Notes: a model not told the origin generated them from the sequence alone. DNA of 64,000 nucleotides from Camelus ferus (GCF_009834535.1 NC_045716.1:18972001-19036000), one strand, 5' to 3'. Counted from the stretch's first letter, positions 11,214-23,850 are shown. Numbers and translations are program-made.

Positions 11214-11353
11214 NNNNNNNNNNNNNNNNNNNNNNNNNNNNNNNNNNNNNNNNNNNNNNNNNNNNNNNNNNNNNNNNNNNNNNNNNNNNNNNNNNNNNNN
11301 NNNNNNNNNNNNNNNNNNNNNNNNNNNNNNNNNNNNNNNNNNNNNNNNNNNNN
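11214..11353. other. Assembly gap (140 N)
   Basis: Run of N. Confidence 1.
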
Positions 11354-11491
11354 GGGGGGAGGTAGGTAATTAGATTTACTTACTTTCTTATTTATTTACT
11401 TATGTATTTATTTTTAGAGGAGGTACTGGGAGTGAATCCAGGACCTTGTGCATGTTAAGCAGTCACTGTACCACTTAAGCTATATCTTCCC
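11354..11491 (-). mobile_element. tRNA-Ala-derived camelid SINE nested in L1
   Basis: Degenerate tRNA-like head and tail inside the L1 sequence. Confidence 0.8.
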
Positions 11492-12769
11492 TCACTGTTG
11501 ATGGATATTTAGGTTACATCCACGTCTTGGCTATTGTAAATAGTGTTGCTTTATGAACATTGGGGTGCAAGTATCTTTTCGAATTAGAGTTTCGTCTGGA
11601 TATATTCCCAGGAGTGGGACTGCTGGATCATAGGGTAAGTCTATTTTCAGTTTTTTAAGGAGTTTCCACACTGTTTCCAGTAATGGCTGCACTAAACTGC
11701 ATTCCCACCAACAATGTAGGAGGTTCCCTTTTCTCCACACCCTCTCCAGCATTTGTCATTTGTGGGCTTTTGAATGATGGCCATCCTGACCGGTGTGGGG
11801 TGATACCTCACTGTAGTTTTGACTTGCATTTCTCTGATAACTAGAGATATTGAGCATCTTTTCATGTGCCTATTGTGGCCCCTGATTGTTAAACACTTCC
11901 TAATGCTCATTTGTCAGGGTGGTGTTTCTGAGTCTCATTCATGGAGAGCTCCGTGAATTCAATGGAACTGTGACAACCGGAAGTAAAATGAACACTTTTA
12001 AACAAACTAACCAGAACTTGTACGCTAATGTAAGTGCTACTTTGAGGAGGACCACCTCCCCCCACCATGACCACATCCTGGTTCTAGCGATACCATCATT
12101 GGTCAAAATATTTCAGAAATTGCCTTCAGAGATACAGTGTGATGAATATCTCCAGTGGTGGCACATTTTTGTTCGTTGAGGAATGGCTGTGCTATCTGGA
12201 AGTGGTTAAGGGTCTTCCGAGCTGGGCATGGAGAAAGAAGCTGTTGATCCGTGTTTCTTGTGTAACTGTGGAACTGGGCCTGATGGTGGTTTTCTGAACA
12301 ACATTCTAAAGAAGGCTTTGTGCCCCTGAGATCCCGAGATGATAGGACTGCCACTAAGAGTCTTATTTTCACGAGAGACAGGTTCCTTAATAATATGGAG
12401 CCCACGTGCTCCCAGTTGGCAGTGGCAGTGGCTGGGGGCGTGGAGGTGGGTGGGGAGGCAGAGCTCTGCGTGAAGAAGGATGCTCCTTTATTCCCTGTGA
12501 ACCACATCTCCCTCTTGAGGATCTCCCACCAGCAACTGCTCCTCCACCACCCTCTCCGGGGCTGGGAGGGAGATGGCTGTACTGTGTTGCTTGCCTTTAA
12601 TGCTCTGACCCGGAGGTGAGTGGACAGAAACACCTGTCTTACTGAGGCCAGGCTGGGCCATTGGAAGGGGGCTTTACGACAGGTGCAGGGATGGTAGAAC
12701 TCACAGATCTTCAGTTCGTGGTCCCCTACTCCAGCTGCCTCCCCATGTAGCTCTGGGCCTGCCTCCATC

Positions 12770-13015
12770 TTTGTTTTTTAATTTTATTTTTTGATTGAAG
12801 TGTAGTTGATTTACAATGTTAGTTTCAGGTGTATAGCAAAGTGACTCAATTATACATATACACACATTTTTTTTCAGATTCTCTTCCATTATATGGTATT
12901 ACAAGAAATTGAATATAGTTCCCTGTGCTATACAGTAGGTCCTTGTTGTTTATCTATTTTATATACAGTAGTGTGTATCTGTTAACCCCAAACTCCTAAT
13001 TTATCCCTCTTCCCC
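12770..13015 (-). mobile_element. L1 3' terminal fragment with A-rich tail
   Basis: Shares sequence with the L1 3'UTR at about 10950-11030; T-rich end on the plus strand with AATAAA (minus) at 12783-12788. Confidence 0.8.
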
Positions 13016-14150
13016 TGCCTCTATCTTTCTCCTTCCTCGCAGCTATACCTTAAAGCAACTCTGGCCTCCATGGAATCTAGACTCAAGACTAAAGGGAAGG
13101 AGAGGTGGGAAGTTGGATGGACCAAGGCAGCTAAATTAAAAAGGGGAGAGGAAGATAGAGGCTAGCTCACGTCCTAACTGGGGTTCCTGCTGAGGCAGGG
13201 GACTGGGTTGAGGACTGGGGAGAAAACTTTTCAGGTGTCCTGGCTCACGGTCATGGAGGAATACTTGGCTTTTAGGACTGGGTGGTCTTCCTCAAAGAAG
13301 GGTCTGGCCTAGCTCCCAGAAAACACATCACAAATTCCTTAACAGAGGGAGCTATAAACTTGAATAAGCAAATCTAGCTTTGGAAGTCTATGAGAGCAAT
13401 TACTTTTGCGTTTGGCAAGTGGGAAATAAAAATTCTGCCCCAGGGGAGGAGGACATGGGCAGACTCGAGCTTCTGAAGGTGGATCTGAAGCCCTAGGAGT
13501 AAACTGGCACCAAATAGCTTTGGCACTGGGATCCATTGCCTTCAACATGGCCCCAGAGCGAACAAGGGTTAGACTTGGCATAAACTTCTAGCCACCCAAG
13601 GTGATTGCTTTGAAAGCCAACATTCCTGCTTAATTATCATGACTAAGACAGGAAGAAGAGGAGAGTCTGGAACCTCAAAATCAATAGATCACTTGGACAT
13701 GCCATTTATCTGATTACTTTCACTTCTTTCTCCCTATAGAATTTTTTTCTCTATAGAATTTCTCTCATCTGAATTTTAACTAAACTGTTTTTTTCAGTGT
13801 CTCTGATTTAAGGAATTAGAGAATTCTAAACAGGAGCGAGGGCAGCTTGGGAACCTGCCAGGGTGATGCGCTTAGATTAGAACGAGAAGGTCCTGAGTCC
13901 ACTCATTGCCAAACTAATACAGCAGGTGTGAGATAGATGCTACCTCATTAACTTAGACCCACAACATCCCAAAAGGGAGACATTTAGTGACCCTTCAAGG
14001 GGCTGGCCCAAGGTCATGGTCACGGAATTAGTAAACAGCAGTGCTGGGACCAGGCCATTCCCTAGTCCTCTCCACCGTGCTTTCCTGCTGACGAGTTCAC
14101 ATCCACCGCACACTCACCCCAGGCACAGCACAGTGTGAGAACGTGTGTGT

Positions 14151-14285
14151 GGGGAGAGTATAGCTCAGTGGTAGAGTGTGTGCCTAGCGTGCGTGAGGTC
14201 CTGTGTTCCATCACCACTACCTCCATTAAAAATAAATGAACCTAATTGTCCCCCAAAAACAAACAAACAAAAGCAAAAAAAAAAA
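14151..14285 (+). mobile_element. tRNA-Ala-derived camelid SINE
   Basis: GGGGAGAGTATAGCTCAGTGGTAGAG head, A-rich tail. Confidence 0.88.
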
Positions 14286-14754
14286 GCGTGTATGTGAGCA
14301 TGCATGCCCAGTGGCGCTCTCGTGTCCTCTTTCCCCTTTACTGAGCAGACCAGCGCTCTGTTGACTTTAATGAGAGAGTTGGCAGCCTTGGGTTTGTTCA
14401 GTCATATTCACAGCCACGGACTGTTTCTCAAATGTGAAGGACACACCTACGTTACGTTTGGCTTATAAGAACTCCTCTGTTTGTGCCTTTATGCATGCCC
14501 GTGTGTGCTGTAGTGTGTTTGTGGGCATCTCTGAGTGACTGAGTGTGTGACAGCGTGTCCGTGTGTGTGAGTTCTGGGAGCTGTTAAGTGTCCCTCCACG
14601 GGCCCCTTCACGTGACATGTGAAGAGAAGTCCTTGCTTCTACCCAATGCCCAGGAGAAGAAAGCGGCCGTCCTGCAGCCTCTGGCTTTCCAATGGCTGGG
14701 CTGTGCCTGGCACAGGGACTCAGCAACCAAGAAAGTAAAAAACGAGTTACTGAC

Positions 14755-14883
14755 CGTTTTTCCTCCAGGGTCTGAAATACCCCAGAAGTGCAGCGGCAAT
14801 GACTGTCCCACCAAGCAGGCTTGCAGGCAGCCAAGGAAGCAGCCAGTTCCTGGTGCTGGTGGGGGCAGACAAGACCCGAGGAC
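14755..14883 (-). CDS. FCRL6: FCRL6 transmembrane exon
   Basis: CCCCAG acceptor and GTCAGT donor, 129 nt; NWLLPWLPASLLGGTVIAAALLGYFRPWRK, like human NWLVPWLPASLLGLMVIAAALLVYVRSWRK. Confidence 0.95.
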
Positions 14884-15283
14884 CTGGGGGCGAGTAGGGG
14901 TGCCCATGAGCATTGGGGATGAAATTCACAAGTGCACCCCAGACTGGCACAAGAGAGGCAGAATGGTGGGCATTAGTGCGAACCACTTGGCCTGGAGGAT
15001 CCTAGCAGTTGGGAACGAGGGCTGGATTAAAGGATGGCACCATGGACGGACGATGCCAGGGATGACCAGGTGCCCTCTCCCCCCGCCACGGTGCCCCTCA
15101 CTCTCCACTGAATTCATGTTTCCCCGCCTTGTTCAGTGGAAAGATAGTCCAAGCAGGGTCCACACTCAGTCATGCAGTGCCTGCTGTGGGCCCAGGATTG
15201 TGTGGGACATGGCGGACACAGAGGAGTGAGAGCTGACCCGGCTGGCTTGCTGGGCTCAGAGCCAGTTGCGGGACAAGACCTAC

Positions 15284-15565
15284 CATCCACGGAGAGGGTC
15301 TCAGGCTTGCTTGTCTCTTCGGAGACTCTGTTCTCGGCTTTGCAGGTGTAGTTCCCAGCATCCTGCTCTGACTTCACCAGGAAGAGGAAGGAGGCGGCTC
15401 CTCCACGGAGGGCCATGGGATTCCCCAGCATCTCCCCATTGAGGTAGAATGAGTACAGGATGGGAGGGGAGCCCCTCTGGGCCTCACAGAGGAGCTCCAC
15501 CCCGTACCCCACAGTGAGGCCAGTGGGCCTGGGTCTCAGGGTGAGCAGAGGACTGGACACAGGAG
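15284..15565 (-). CDS. FCRL6: FCRL6 Ig domain 3 exon
   Basis: 282 nt, phase 1-1; LLCEAQRGSPPILYSFYL ... SEQDAGNYTCKAEN; both Ig cysteines present. Confidence 0.96.
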
Positions 15566-15698
15566 CTGGGGCAGCACACAGTGGGGAGGGTCAGTTGGCC
15601 CACCCTTGCTCATCACTTAGGGGTCCTTCCCCCATCACCCCCAGGGGACCCCATCCACTGCCCTGGCCCCTGGGAGTGTCTCCCCGTCCCCTACTTAC

Positions 15699-15983
15699 CC
15701 CACACCCTGATCTCCAGCCAGGGGCTCTGTTTCTGGACCCTGCCACCCTCAGGGGCCGCCTCGCACCAGTAACGCCCGGAGTCCCCTTCCTGGGCTGCTG
15801 GGATGCTGAGTTCTGGGTGGAGGCCCCTGTCCTGCAGAGTGTGGTCCTCCTTGTGGAAGGAGAGGAGGAGCCCCGAGGCCAACCTCTTGGGGTGTAGCTT
15901 CGTCTGGCATCTCAGGGTCACGGGGCTCCCCTCACAAGGCTCATGAGAGGGGATGGCGCTCAGCACAGGAGGTGGAAACAGTT
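15699..15983 (-). CDS. FCRL6: FCRL6 Ig domain 2 exon
   Basis: 285 nt, phase 1-1; ELFPPPVLSAIPS ... VTLRCQTKLHP ... GDSGRYWCEAAPEGG. Confidence 0.96.
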
Positions 15984-16510
15984 CTAGGGAGAGAGGCCAG
16001 GGCTCAGGAGGGGAGTCCTGGACAATGAGGCCCCAGGAGCCTGAGGCTGAGCTCTGGCACATCCCAGACCAGGGCCCTGTGCCCTGTGGGAAACGCTAGC
16101 ACTGTCTCCCAGCACCTGGCCTCTCACCCTGCCACCAGCTCTGAAACGACCCCCACACCCCTGAGCGCCTCTGGGGTCCCAGAAGGCCAGAGCCAGAAGG
16201 GCCCCCGAGGTCACCTAGTCCCCAGAGGGGAAGCGTCAGGCCCAGGGCTCAAGGAGGGTGGGCAGCAGGGATCCTTCTGGGCTCTTCCCTGCCCCCACCC
16301 CAGGGCATCTCCCCTCCTTCTCTGGCTCCAGACATGCCTCATAGTGGGAGCAGGGCATGTGGCCGGCATCCTGGATGTCTCAGGGCCTGCAGAGTGGCCC
16401 AGCATCAGGGGCCACCAGAAATAGGGGGCTGCCCCGAGCACTGCTGACCTCTGGACACCAGACCCCTGAGCAGCAGCCTGCTCCCCCCAGCTCCCCAAGT
16501 GGTGACTCAC

Positions 16511-16777
16511 CTTGGACTTGGACCATGACAGTCCCTGAGGTCCGATTGTTCACATGTCGGCCGGAGGTCACCTGCCCAGCACAGCTGTACCGGCCACTGC
16601 TCTTCACTGTTGCCGTCCCCATGGACAGAGGCTGGTTGTCTTTAGAGAAATGGAAGAGTTTTCCATCCCTGAAGAAATGCACCTGGGACAGGGCTGCGTT
16701 CCTCCCTCCCCAGCATTGCAGAGTCAGGACATCTCCTTCAAACACGGGGTTTGGTGAGACTTGGAGTTTCAGCCAGG
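16511..16777 (-). CDS. FCRL6: FCRL6 Ig domain 1 exon
   Basis: 267 nt, phase 1-1; WLKLQVSPNPVFEGDVLTLQC ... GRYSCAGQV; AG and GTGAGT boundaries. Confidence 0.96.
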
Positions 16778-17431
16778 CTGTGAGACACAGGAACAGGGTC
16801 ACCCTGGAGCTACAGGTCATCAGTCCCTTTGCTCCCTCTGTCCTCCAGCCCAAGGCCTCCCCCGGGATGGAGGCTCCTGGACGGCACCTTCGCAGTGGTC
16901 ACTGATCCCAGTCCTTCACACCGGACCAGGGCAGGACCTCTGCATTCCTCCACCCCCTTCCTCTCCCCTTCATCTTTCCTGCTTCTCTATTCCCGTCCCT
17001 CCCCTCCCCTCCTCTCCCTGTGCCTGCCCTCTGGCCTCCTTCTCTCCTACCCTCCTGGTCTCCTTTTACACTGTGCTTTCCTCCGTCCACCACCTTGACA
17101 AGCTTGAGTCCAGTTGGGTTTTTTTCCATCCATTGTTCTGCCTCGTTCCTCTGAATCTGATTCTCCCTTCCCTAGATCGGTTTCTTTTTCCCTGGCGACC
17201 TCAGTGTCATTCTGTCTGCAGCGCCCACCTCTGCTGGTAGCTGCACCACTGCCCAGCAGGGAGGAGCTGGCCGGTGGGTGTTGGAAGGGCCATGGCTGGG
17301 ATCCCTCCCTCCCACTTCCCTCATCGGCTTCCCCAGGCCCAGCCCCCACTGGCACTACCTCCCAGCCACGCCTCGGGGTTCATTTCCACTACTGTCATGG
17401 GGAGGGATCTGTCAGCTCTGTCCTCATTTCT

Positions 17432-17565
17432 TTTTATTTTTTTTGGCCTGGGGTGGGGGAAGGTAATTAGGTTTCTTTCTTTCTCTCCTTCTCTCTCAGA
17501 TACCGGGGGTTGAACCCAGGACCTCCTGCATGCTAAGCATGTGCTCCAGCACTATACCCTCCCCA
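17432..17565 (-). mobile_element. tRNA-Ala-derived camelid SINE
   Basis: 16-bp TSD CTCTGTCCTCATTTCT (17416-17431 / 17566-17581). Confidence 0.88.
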
Positions 17566-18136
17566 CTCTGTCCTCATTTCTAGAATGCAGTTTATGTCCT
17601 GACGTGGACAAGAGAAGAGCTCCCGGGGACCCAGCATCATCCGCAGGGCTAGCCCAGGCTGGAGCTTTCCCATACTTGACGGAAGCTCCAGGGAGGTCAG
17701 GGGGACGGGCAGGGGCTGGAGGGCAAAGGCAGCCAAGGGAGAAGCAAGGCTAACCCACAGACAAGCATGCCTGCTTCTCTGAGCTTTAATGAGACAGAAG
17801 GGTGTCCAGGGCCTTGATGAGTAGAGGTGACAGGGGCTCCAAAGCCACACTGAGGGGAGGAGGCAGAGGCCAGGGCTACTCATAAGGGAACCGGGTGGAG
17901 GCCCAGAGCCATTCTGCTGGCACTTCAGTCACCCTGTGATCATCGGCAGCCCGAGACAGCGCAGTCCTGGGTCTCTCCTCCTCCTGGGCGCGAGGGAAGA
18001 CTCCTGAGGACGAGGCCTAGTCTGGTGCTGCTCTGAAGGTGCTTCTGGGGGACCCAGTGGCCCCGTCTTGTCCCTGTCTACTAATCGTTGGCCCTGAGAC
18101 ACACTTGGATATGAAAGGGACACAGACAAGACTCAC

Positions 18137-18157
18137 CTGTTTCCCCAACGCAGGGAA
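18137..18157 (-). CDS. FCRL6: FCRL6 21-nt signal-peptide mini-exon (S2)
   Basis: TTGCAG|TTCCCTGCGTTGGGGAAACAG|GTGAGT encodes VPCVGET; the 21-nt S2 exon is a hallmark of FcR/FCRL genes. Confidence 0.92.
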
Positions 18158-18329
18158 CTGCAAGAGAATAGAGATAGAATTAGATTCAGCAGCTGAGAAG
18201 GCTTTCTGACAAGGAGGTCCGGCACCTCATAGATGGGTGCCAACATCCATTCAACCAATCAGCCACCAGCCCCCTAAGCACCTAATTGTCTAGCCACCCC
18301 CTTGCTCAGTCACCCGGCCACCCAGCCAC

Positions 18330-18660
18330 TCAGCTTTTATAGGTGGACCTGCTGCCTGGACTCCTTTGCCTTATCTCAGTTCAAAGGTCTTCTTCTTAGG
18401 CAGGTCTTGCTGGGACCCCTCAATCAAAAGAACTCTCCATTACTCTCAAAGTGCCCTCTTGTGTCACCATCACAACTCTTCTCACTGTTTGAAATGATCT
18501 TATTCATTCAATCGCCTCCTTGCCATCACCTGTCTCCCTCTGTCTGGAGTGTCAGCTCCATGAGAGCAGGTACGCTGCCTGTCTTGTTCACTGCCATGTC
18601 ACCTGCTGCCTGGACCCTGGTCCGTGTCCAAAGAGCACATGTTGAGTGAAAGCATGACTG
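18330..18660 (-). mobile_element. L2 3' fragment
   Basis: Degenerate L2 3'-end motifs; boundaries approximate. Confidence 0.55.
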
Positions 18661-20664
18661 CTTTCCTTCGTGCCCACTCCTGCGGGGCAGGGAACTAAAT
18701 GTAGCAGACGCACGACTAGACCATTGTGCTCAAGTGCCTGAGGGTCCTAATTACACCTACAGAGGAATGCAGAGAGCAAAGGCGGGACCTGAGTCCTGGG
18801 GTCCCATCTGGCCACAGAGCTCTGGGGAGCAAAGTACAGAAGTGATCGGAGGAAGGAGGAGAGTTTTCCTGGGAGGAGTAATCATTACAGGGCTGTGGGA
18901 CATGGACAGGTAGCTGGGATGGGTGGGGGAACAGTAAACAGTCCGGTGCATAGCACACTGTGCCATGCCTTGTGTGTGCTGCGCTGGTGCTTTTAGACGA
19001 ATGAACGTTTGAGCAGACTAGGTGGCCAGGGAGAGAGGCCAAGCCACGAAAGGATGAGTGATGAGGTGAGACAGGTGTGAACAGCTCAAGGGATGGAGGA
19101 CCCTAAACCGAGGGGCACAGGTGGATTTAACGGCATGGAGAATATTCTGGACTTTGGGGCAAGGGGTGAAACAATGAACGGTGTAGGGTTGAGTGCATTC
19201 ACTTGTGTCTTTCATTGCTGACGTGGCCTGGGTGCCAGGCAGAGCCCTGAGAGATGCAAGAATGGCCTTGGGCGGGGAGGTGGGAGGAGATCCCTCAGCA
19301 GACGTACGGCACAGTGCGTTCACAGGCTGTCCTCCTTGCCGTCCACACTCCCTGGGGCAGACGGAGGCTTTTCAGCCTCACTCCATACCTACTCAGCTCA
19401 GGGCCAGCTCAGCTGCAAGTTCTCAGCGTGTGCAGAGTTATGAGTCTCCTTCCTACCATCCCACATCCCCCCCACCTCCACACCTAAACACGTCTTCTGT
19501 GAGCTTGGAGTAGTAGAGAGCATGCGGGCTTTGGAACCAGAGGACCTGGACTGGACTCGTGAGTCTGTCTCTTTCTGTGTGACCTTCGGCAAGTGGTTTA
19601 AAGCTTAAGAGCCTCCAATTCCTGGTTCTGTCTGTCTGATGGAAACAGTAATAGTCACTCTCCCCTTGTAGAGCAGTCACGTGGATCACACTGACCCACC
19701 GCCTGGGGAAGCGGGCATGACATTAACCGAAAGCAGCAAGAAAACCTGACCTCAGGGTGACTGAGACCTCACTGGGCAGTGATGCCACTCCCTCCTTTCC
19801 CATCTCCACCGGGAAACGACTTTGCAGCTACAAAGTGACGAACAGACAGAGCTGAGGGGCCTGAAGCCTGTAACAGGAGAGAAGGCATCCAGAGAGCAAG
19901 AGACACTTCAGATGAGCGCGTGTCCCCAGATCCCCACAACTGGTTGCCCCGGGGCACTGCCAGATCTTGGGGCTGTCATTGCAGAAACACTGTCTGTAAC
20001 AAGACAGCCACCAACTGGGGACGCACAGAGTGGGTGGCACCTGCTTACAGCTGTTCCTGTGAGGACCCGGGGGCCTCAGTGAGCTACAGGCTGAAGATGA
20101 GGTGACAGTGTGACAGGAAGCTGAGAGTGATTGTCAGGCTAAGTTGCACCACAGGGTCCCCGACAGTGGAGGCGGCAGCCCCACTGACCCTGCTCTCGGC
20201 AGGCAGGCCACAAGGGGAGGGAGGAGAAGACCCAGCTCCTGGCCCAGCGACAAAGCGCATCAAGGCCAAGCAGACCAGAACAATGAACAGGGTCCAGAAA
20301 CCATTTCCTATCAGAGGGACTGGGTGACACTTACTGGAGAAAGATGAGACAGCGTAGGGGTAACATAGTGGCCTTCAAATATTTGGTAGGGGAAGGACAG
20401 TTACTTCATAGGGCAGAAGAGGAACTAATTCATGGAAATGAGAGCAGAGAGGCAGGTTTCAGCTCTGCATGAGGGAGGATCTCCCAGTCGGGCTCTGCCA
20501 CACTGGAACATTCTGCTTTGCCAAGCAGCAGCTGCCATGCAGCTGGGGGGTTGCGTATTGTGGACCCTGTGCGTGTACGTGGGGGTGGCCGTCAGTCCTG
20601 GAAGTGATGCTGACCAACGCACAGCTCAGAAGATAAAGGTTCATCTCCTAAACTTTAAATATGT

Positions 20665-20830
20665 GGGGAGGGTATAGCTCAGTGGCAGAGTGCATGCCTA
20701 GCATGCATGAGGTCCTGGGTTCAATCCCCAGTACCTCTACTAAAATAAATAAATAAACCTAATTACCTCTTCCCGAGACAAACAAAAAATCCCCCCCCCC
20801 AACAAATTAAAAAAAAGGTGAAAAACAAAA
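20665..20830 (+). mobile_element. tRNA-Ala-derived camelid SINE
   Basis: A and B boxes, A-rich tail, TSD TAAATA(T/C)GT. Confidence 0.9.
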
Positions 20831-22682
20831 TAAATACGTCTTTAGTGTAGAGTCATGCACTGATAGCCAGTACTTGTAATGGACACCATTTATTGTGTGA
20901 CCATGCCGCTGGCAGGCACTTTAAATACATTTTATTTTCTAGTTTTACCTGATTAGAATCCAACCACATCCAGACAAGAGGTAGTGAAGTGGACTGGAGA
21001 AAGCATCGGGGTTTGACCTCAGATGGACTTGGGCCTGCATCTCTCTTTTGCTGTTGCTAGCAGGGTAGTTCTAAGCAAATTTCTTAACGTTTTTGACCTG
21101 TTTCCTCAATTGTTTAATAGGGATAAAAAATATATCTGCCTTATAACATCCTGAAAGTTAGATGAGATCATGTACGTAGTACAGGGCAGGCATTCAGGGT
21201 TTTGTTCTTTTTTTCTCTGTCTCTCTGGCCACATCTGAGGAAAACTAGCACCTGAGAAGAAACAGAGCTCTGTCCTTATGGTAACTCCGTTCCTTCACAT
21301 TCAGCCAAATCTTAGGCTGGCTTTCCGGGGTCCTGAGCATCAAGTGTGACGCAGTCAGGCCTGGGTTCTCCATACACTGTCCACTCGTCAGCCAGTCACA
21401 GACTCTCCCTCCTTCTTCCCTCTCTCCTGTCCAGATCCTGGGTTACACGCTGGGAAGCTCTTAGACTTGATCTGGTCAAGTCCAAGGGCAATTCCTTTCA
21501 CGAGGTAGAGATTTTTGCTTGGGACGCTCCCATCCGGAGTACGCGCAGGCGCGCGGCCATCCCGTCCCCGCCCTCAGTGCGAGCATTGACCTGCTCACTT
21601 GTCCAGGCGGCCATTCATAGAACACACAGGGCACTCGGAGACATCGGGGAAGGAAGAGCCCTGAGCGGGAACAGGTGTTTTCTGTCCCAGGGCTAAATTC
21701 CCACAACCTCCGTCCAGGAAGAGAGTGTATTTAAGAATGGTTTTGCTTTTGGTTCAATGAAAACAAACTACTGGGATCAAGTTTAAAACAAAAAGTAAGT
21801 CAACTCAGAAACCGTCAAGTGGAGAGAAATAAATGCCCAGACTTGTTCCTTCCAGGTGTAGCTGGGGACAGTGGCTGAGACTGAGCTGAGTCTGGCGGAG
21901 CCCAGTAGCCCACCCGCCACAACAGTCCTCTGCCTGCAGACCAGTCCCTTCAGTCACGGGCACGGGTGACTGGCCCCGGGGTTAGTGGATCAAGGAGAGA
22001 GAGACGAATTCAGAAGAACGGACTTGATCCCTGCAAACCGCTCCCATGGATAGTCAGGCCTGAAACAGACACCCTCCGCCCCTCCAACCAGAGAGAAGGT
22101 GCAGGCAAAAGAGGAAAGGTCAGCTTGAAGAGGGCTTTGGACACTCAGAGCATAAACCTCTTGCCCAAGTGAGAAGCCCAGTCATGCCGGCTGGTTCTAA
22201 GAAAAAGTCGAGGCTTCATGAAAATTATCTCCTAAAACCCCTTGCTCCCCTTGCATGAGCGAAATGCGGGGAACTTCTTTTTTCCCTGTTCCCCTGATCT
22301 GTCCTCTGACACCCCCAGCAGCCTCCTTTCCTTCTGCAATTCCGTTCTCTTTTCGAGATAGCCCTAATGGCTATTTTAACCCGATTTTACAGGGTAAAAA
22401 TGTCACTGGGCCTCTGAATGTGATTTTCTGCCTCCCTAAATTAGCTCTGATACATCGAAGGGTTGTCCTTCGAAGGACCCAGGAAAATGGAATAGGAAAC
22501 ACTGGGCCTCCCCCACGCCCCCATCCCCATCGCTCTCAGGCAGGCCCACATGCACACCCTTGTCTCAAACTCCAGCCATCAACCCACTTGAACTGGGAAA
22601 GGTGAAATCAGGAACTTGGTGTCTCAGGAGCGACTTACAGTCTTTGGTGCCCAGGAGGGGATGCTCGCGCCTGGTGACTTAC

Positions 22683-22713
22683 CCGAGAGCAGCACAGCCG
22701 TCCAGAGCAGCAT
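22683..22713 (-). CDS. FCRL6: FCRL6 coding exon 1 (signal peptide S1)
   Basis: MLLWTAVLLS+G then GTAAGT; human is MLLWTAVLLF. Confidence 0.95.
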
Positions 22714-22814
22714 GGGGCCTGGTCTGGCGCCGAGGGAACACAGGACAGACTGACTGAAGGCAGGGGCGAGGCTGGCAGGGGGAGCACGTGGGCCACAGGG
22801 TGACCCCTTCTGAG

Positions 22815-22875
22815 GCGGGTGGTGTTACTGCTTGAAAATCTAAGTACAGGAAGTGGGGAAGAGGAAACTTTCAAA
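22815..22875 (-). promoter_or_regulatory. Candidate FCRL6 proximal promoter motifs
   Basis: ETS ACAGGAAGTG at 22846-22855, GAGGAAACT and a T-box-like GGTGTTA within 160 bp of the ATG. Confidence 0.4.
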
Positions 22876-23379
22876 GCACAAATTGGTATTTCTTCTTTGG
22901 TAGAAGGGCTGTTACACGAATGAATTATCTTGACCATGAAGCATATAAGAGTCAGGAAAATCACTAGCTAGCCCTTTTGGACACTCTTTCTGGGGTTTGA
23001 AAAAGCTCAAGCTAGGAACTACGGTGGGACATGGCTCCAGAAAGCTCCACAGACTGCCAGAATTCACTTGGTCCCAGCATCACTAAGTTTGGAAGGTGGC
23101 ATAGCCCTGGAAACATTAAGATCTTTCGTCCCCACCCTGAGTGACCTCCAGTTCCCCAAGGTGTCTTCTTCAAGGACAGGCAGAGAAGCAGAATCCTGGA
23201 AAAATAGTCCACCAGACCGTCAGTTCAGGAGAGAATCAGGGATTGATGGGGATGCAGTAGAATGGGGCTGGAGGTTCTGAATCTGAGGCTTTAAGACTCT
23301 CAGGTTACTATTTTGAGGAGAACTCTTCATTAGAAGATGTCATGAAGAGAGTGACCAGGCAAGCCACAGGGTGATGAGA

Positions 23380-23850
23380 TATTTTCAATACATACGCCTG
23401 ACCAAGGAATCCTATCTGAAACACAAGAACTTCTACAAGTCAGTAAGAAGACAGACAACCCACTAGAAAAATGGGCAATACTTTGGATAAGTACTTTATA
23501 AAATCAGATATCCAAGTGCCCCAAAAGCACAGGATAAGGAACGCGACTTCATTAATCACCGTGGAAATGCAAATTCAAACTGCAATGACACCCCCCGTAA
23601 GAATGGCCCAAACAATAGATGACCAAGTGCTGGGGAGGATGCGAAGTGGCAGGACTCTTGTGCACTTCTAGAGGGAATATAAATCGGTACACCCACTTTG
23701 GAAAACAGTGTGGCAGCATCTAAAACTGAACATACGGCTGTCTGACGACCCACATTTTCACTCCTAGACATACGTATGTGTGGGCACCAAAAGGCATGTT
23801 CAAGAATGTTCGTAGCAGCCTCACTCATAACAGATAAAAACTGGAAACTA
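23380..23850 (+). mobile_element. Old L1 ORF2 3' fragment
   Basis: Degenerate ORF2-like peptides (SLITVEMQIQTAMTPPVRMA; SRMFVAASLITDKNWK). Confidence 0.75.

Larger units (their letters stand above)
10951..11875 (-). mobile_element. L1 3' fragment (ORF2 C-terminus and 3'UTR), interrupted by a gap and a SINE
   Basis: Frameshifted L1 ORF2 peptides [23 protein letters not shown] and [42 protein letters not shown]. Confidence 0.9.

Noticed and set aside
14588-15229. 213-aa plus-strand ORF (and similar 100-220 aa ORFs such as 2081-2719, 12103-12768, 39621-40196, 50278-50829)
   Set aside because: No recognisable domain, low-complexity composition, antisense to real exons or inside repeats; expected by chance in GC-rich mammalian DNA.
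8304-22713. FCRL6 as a whole-gene pseudogene
   Set aside because: Nine exons have canonical splice sites and compatible phases, Ig cysteines are intact, and there are no stops in the 1248-nt spliced CDS; only one skippable exon is decayed.
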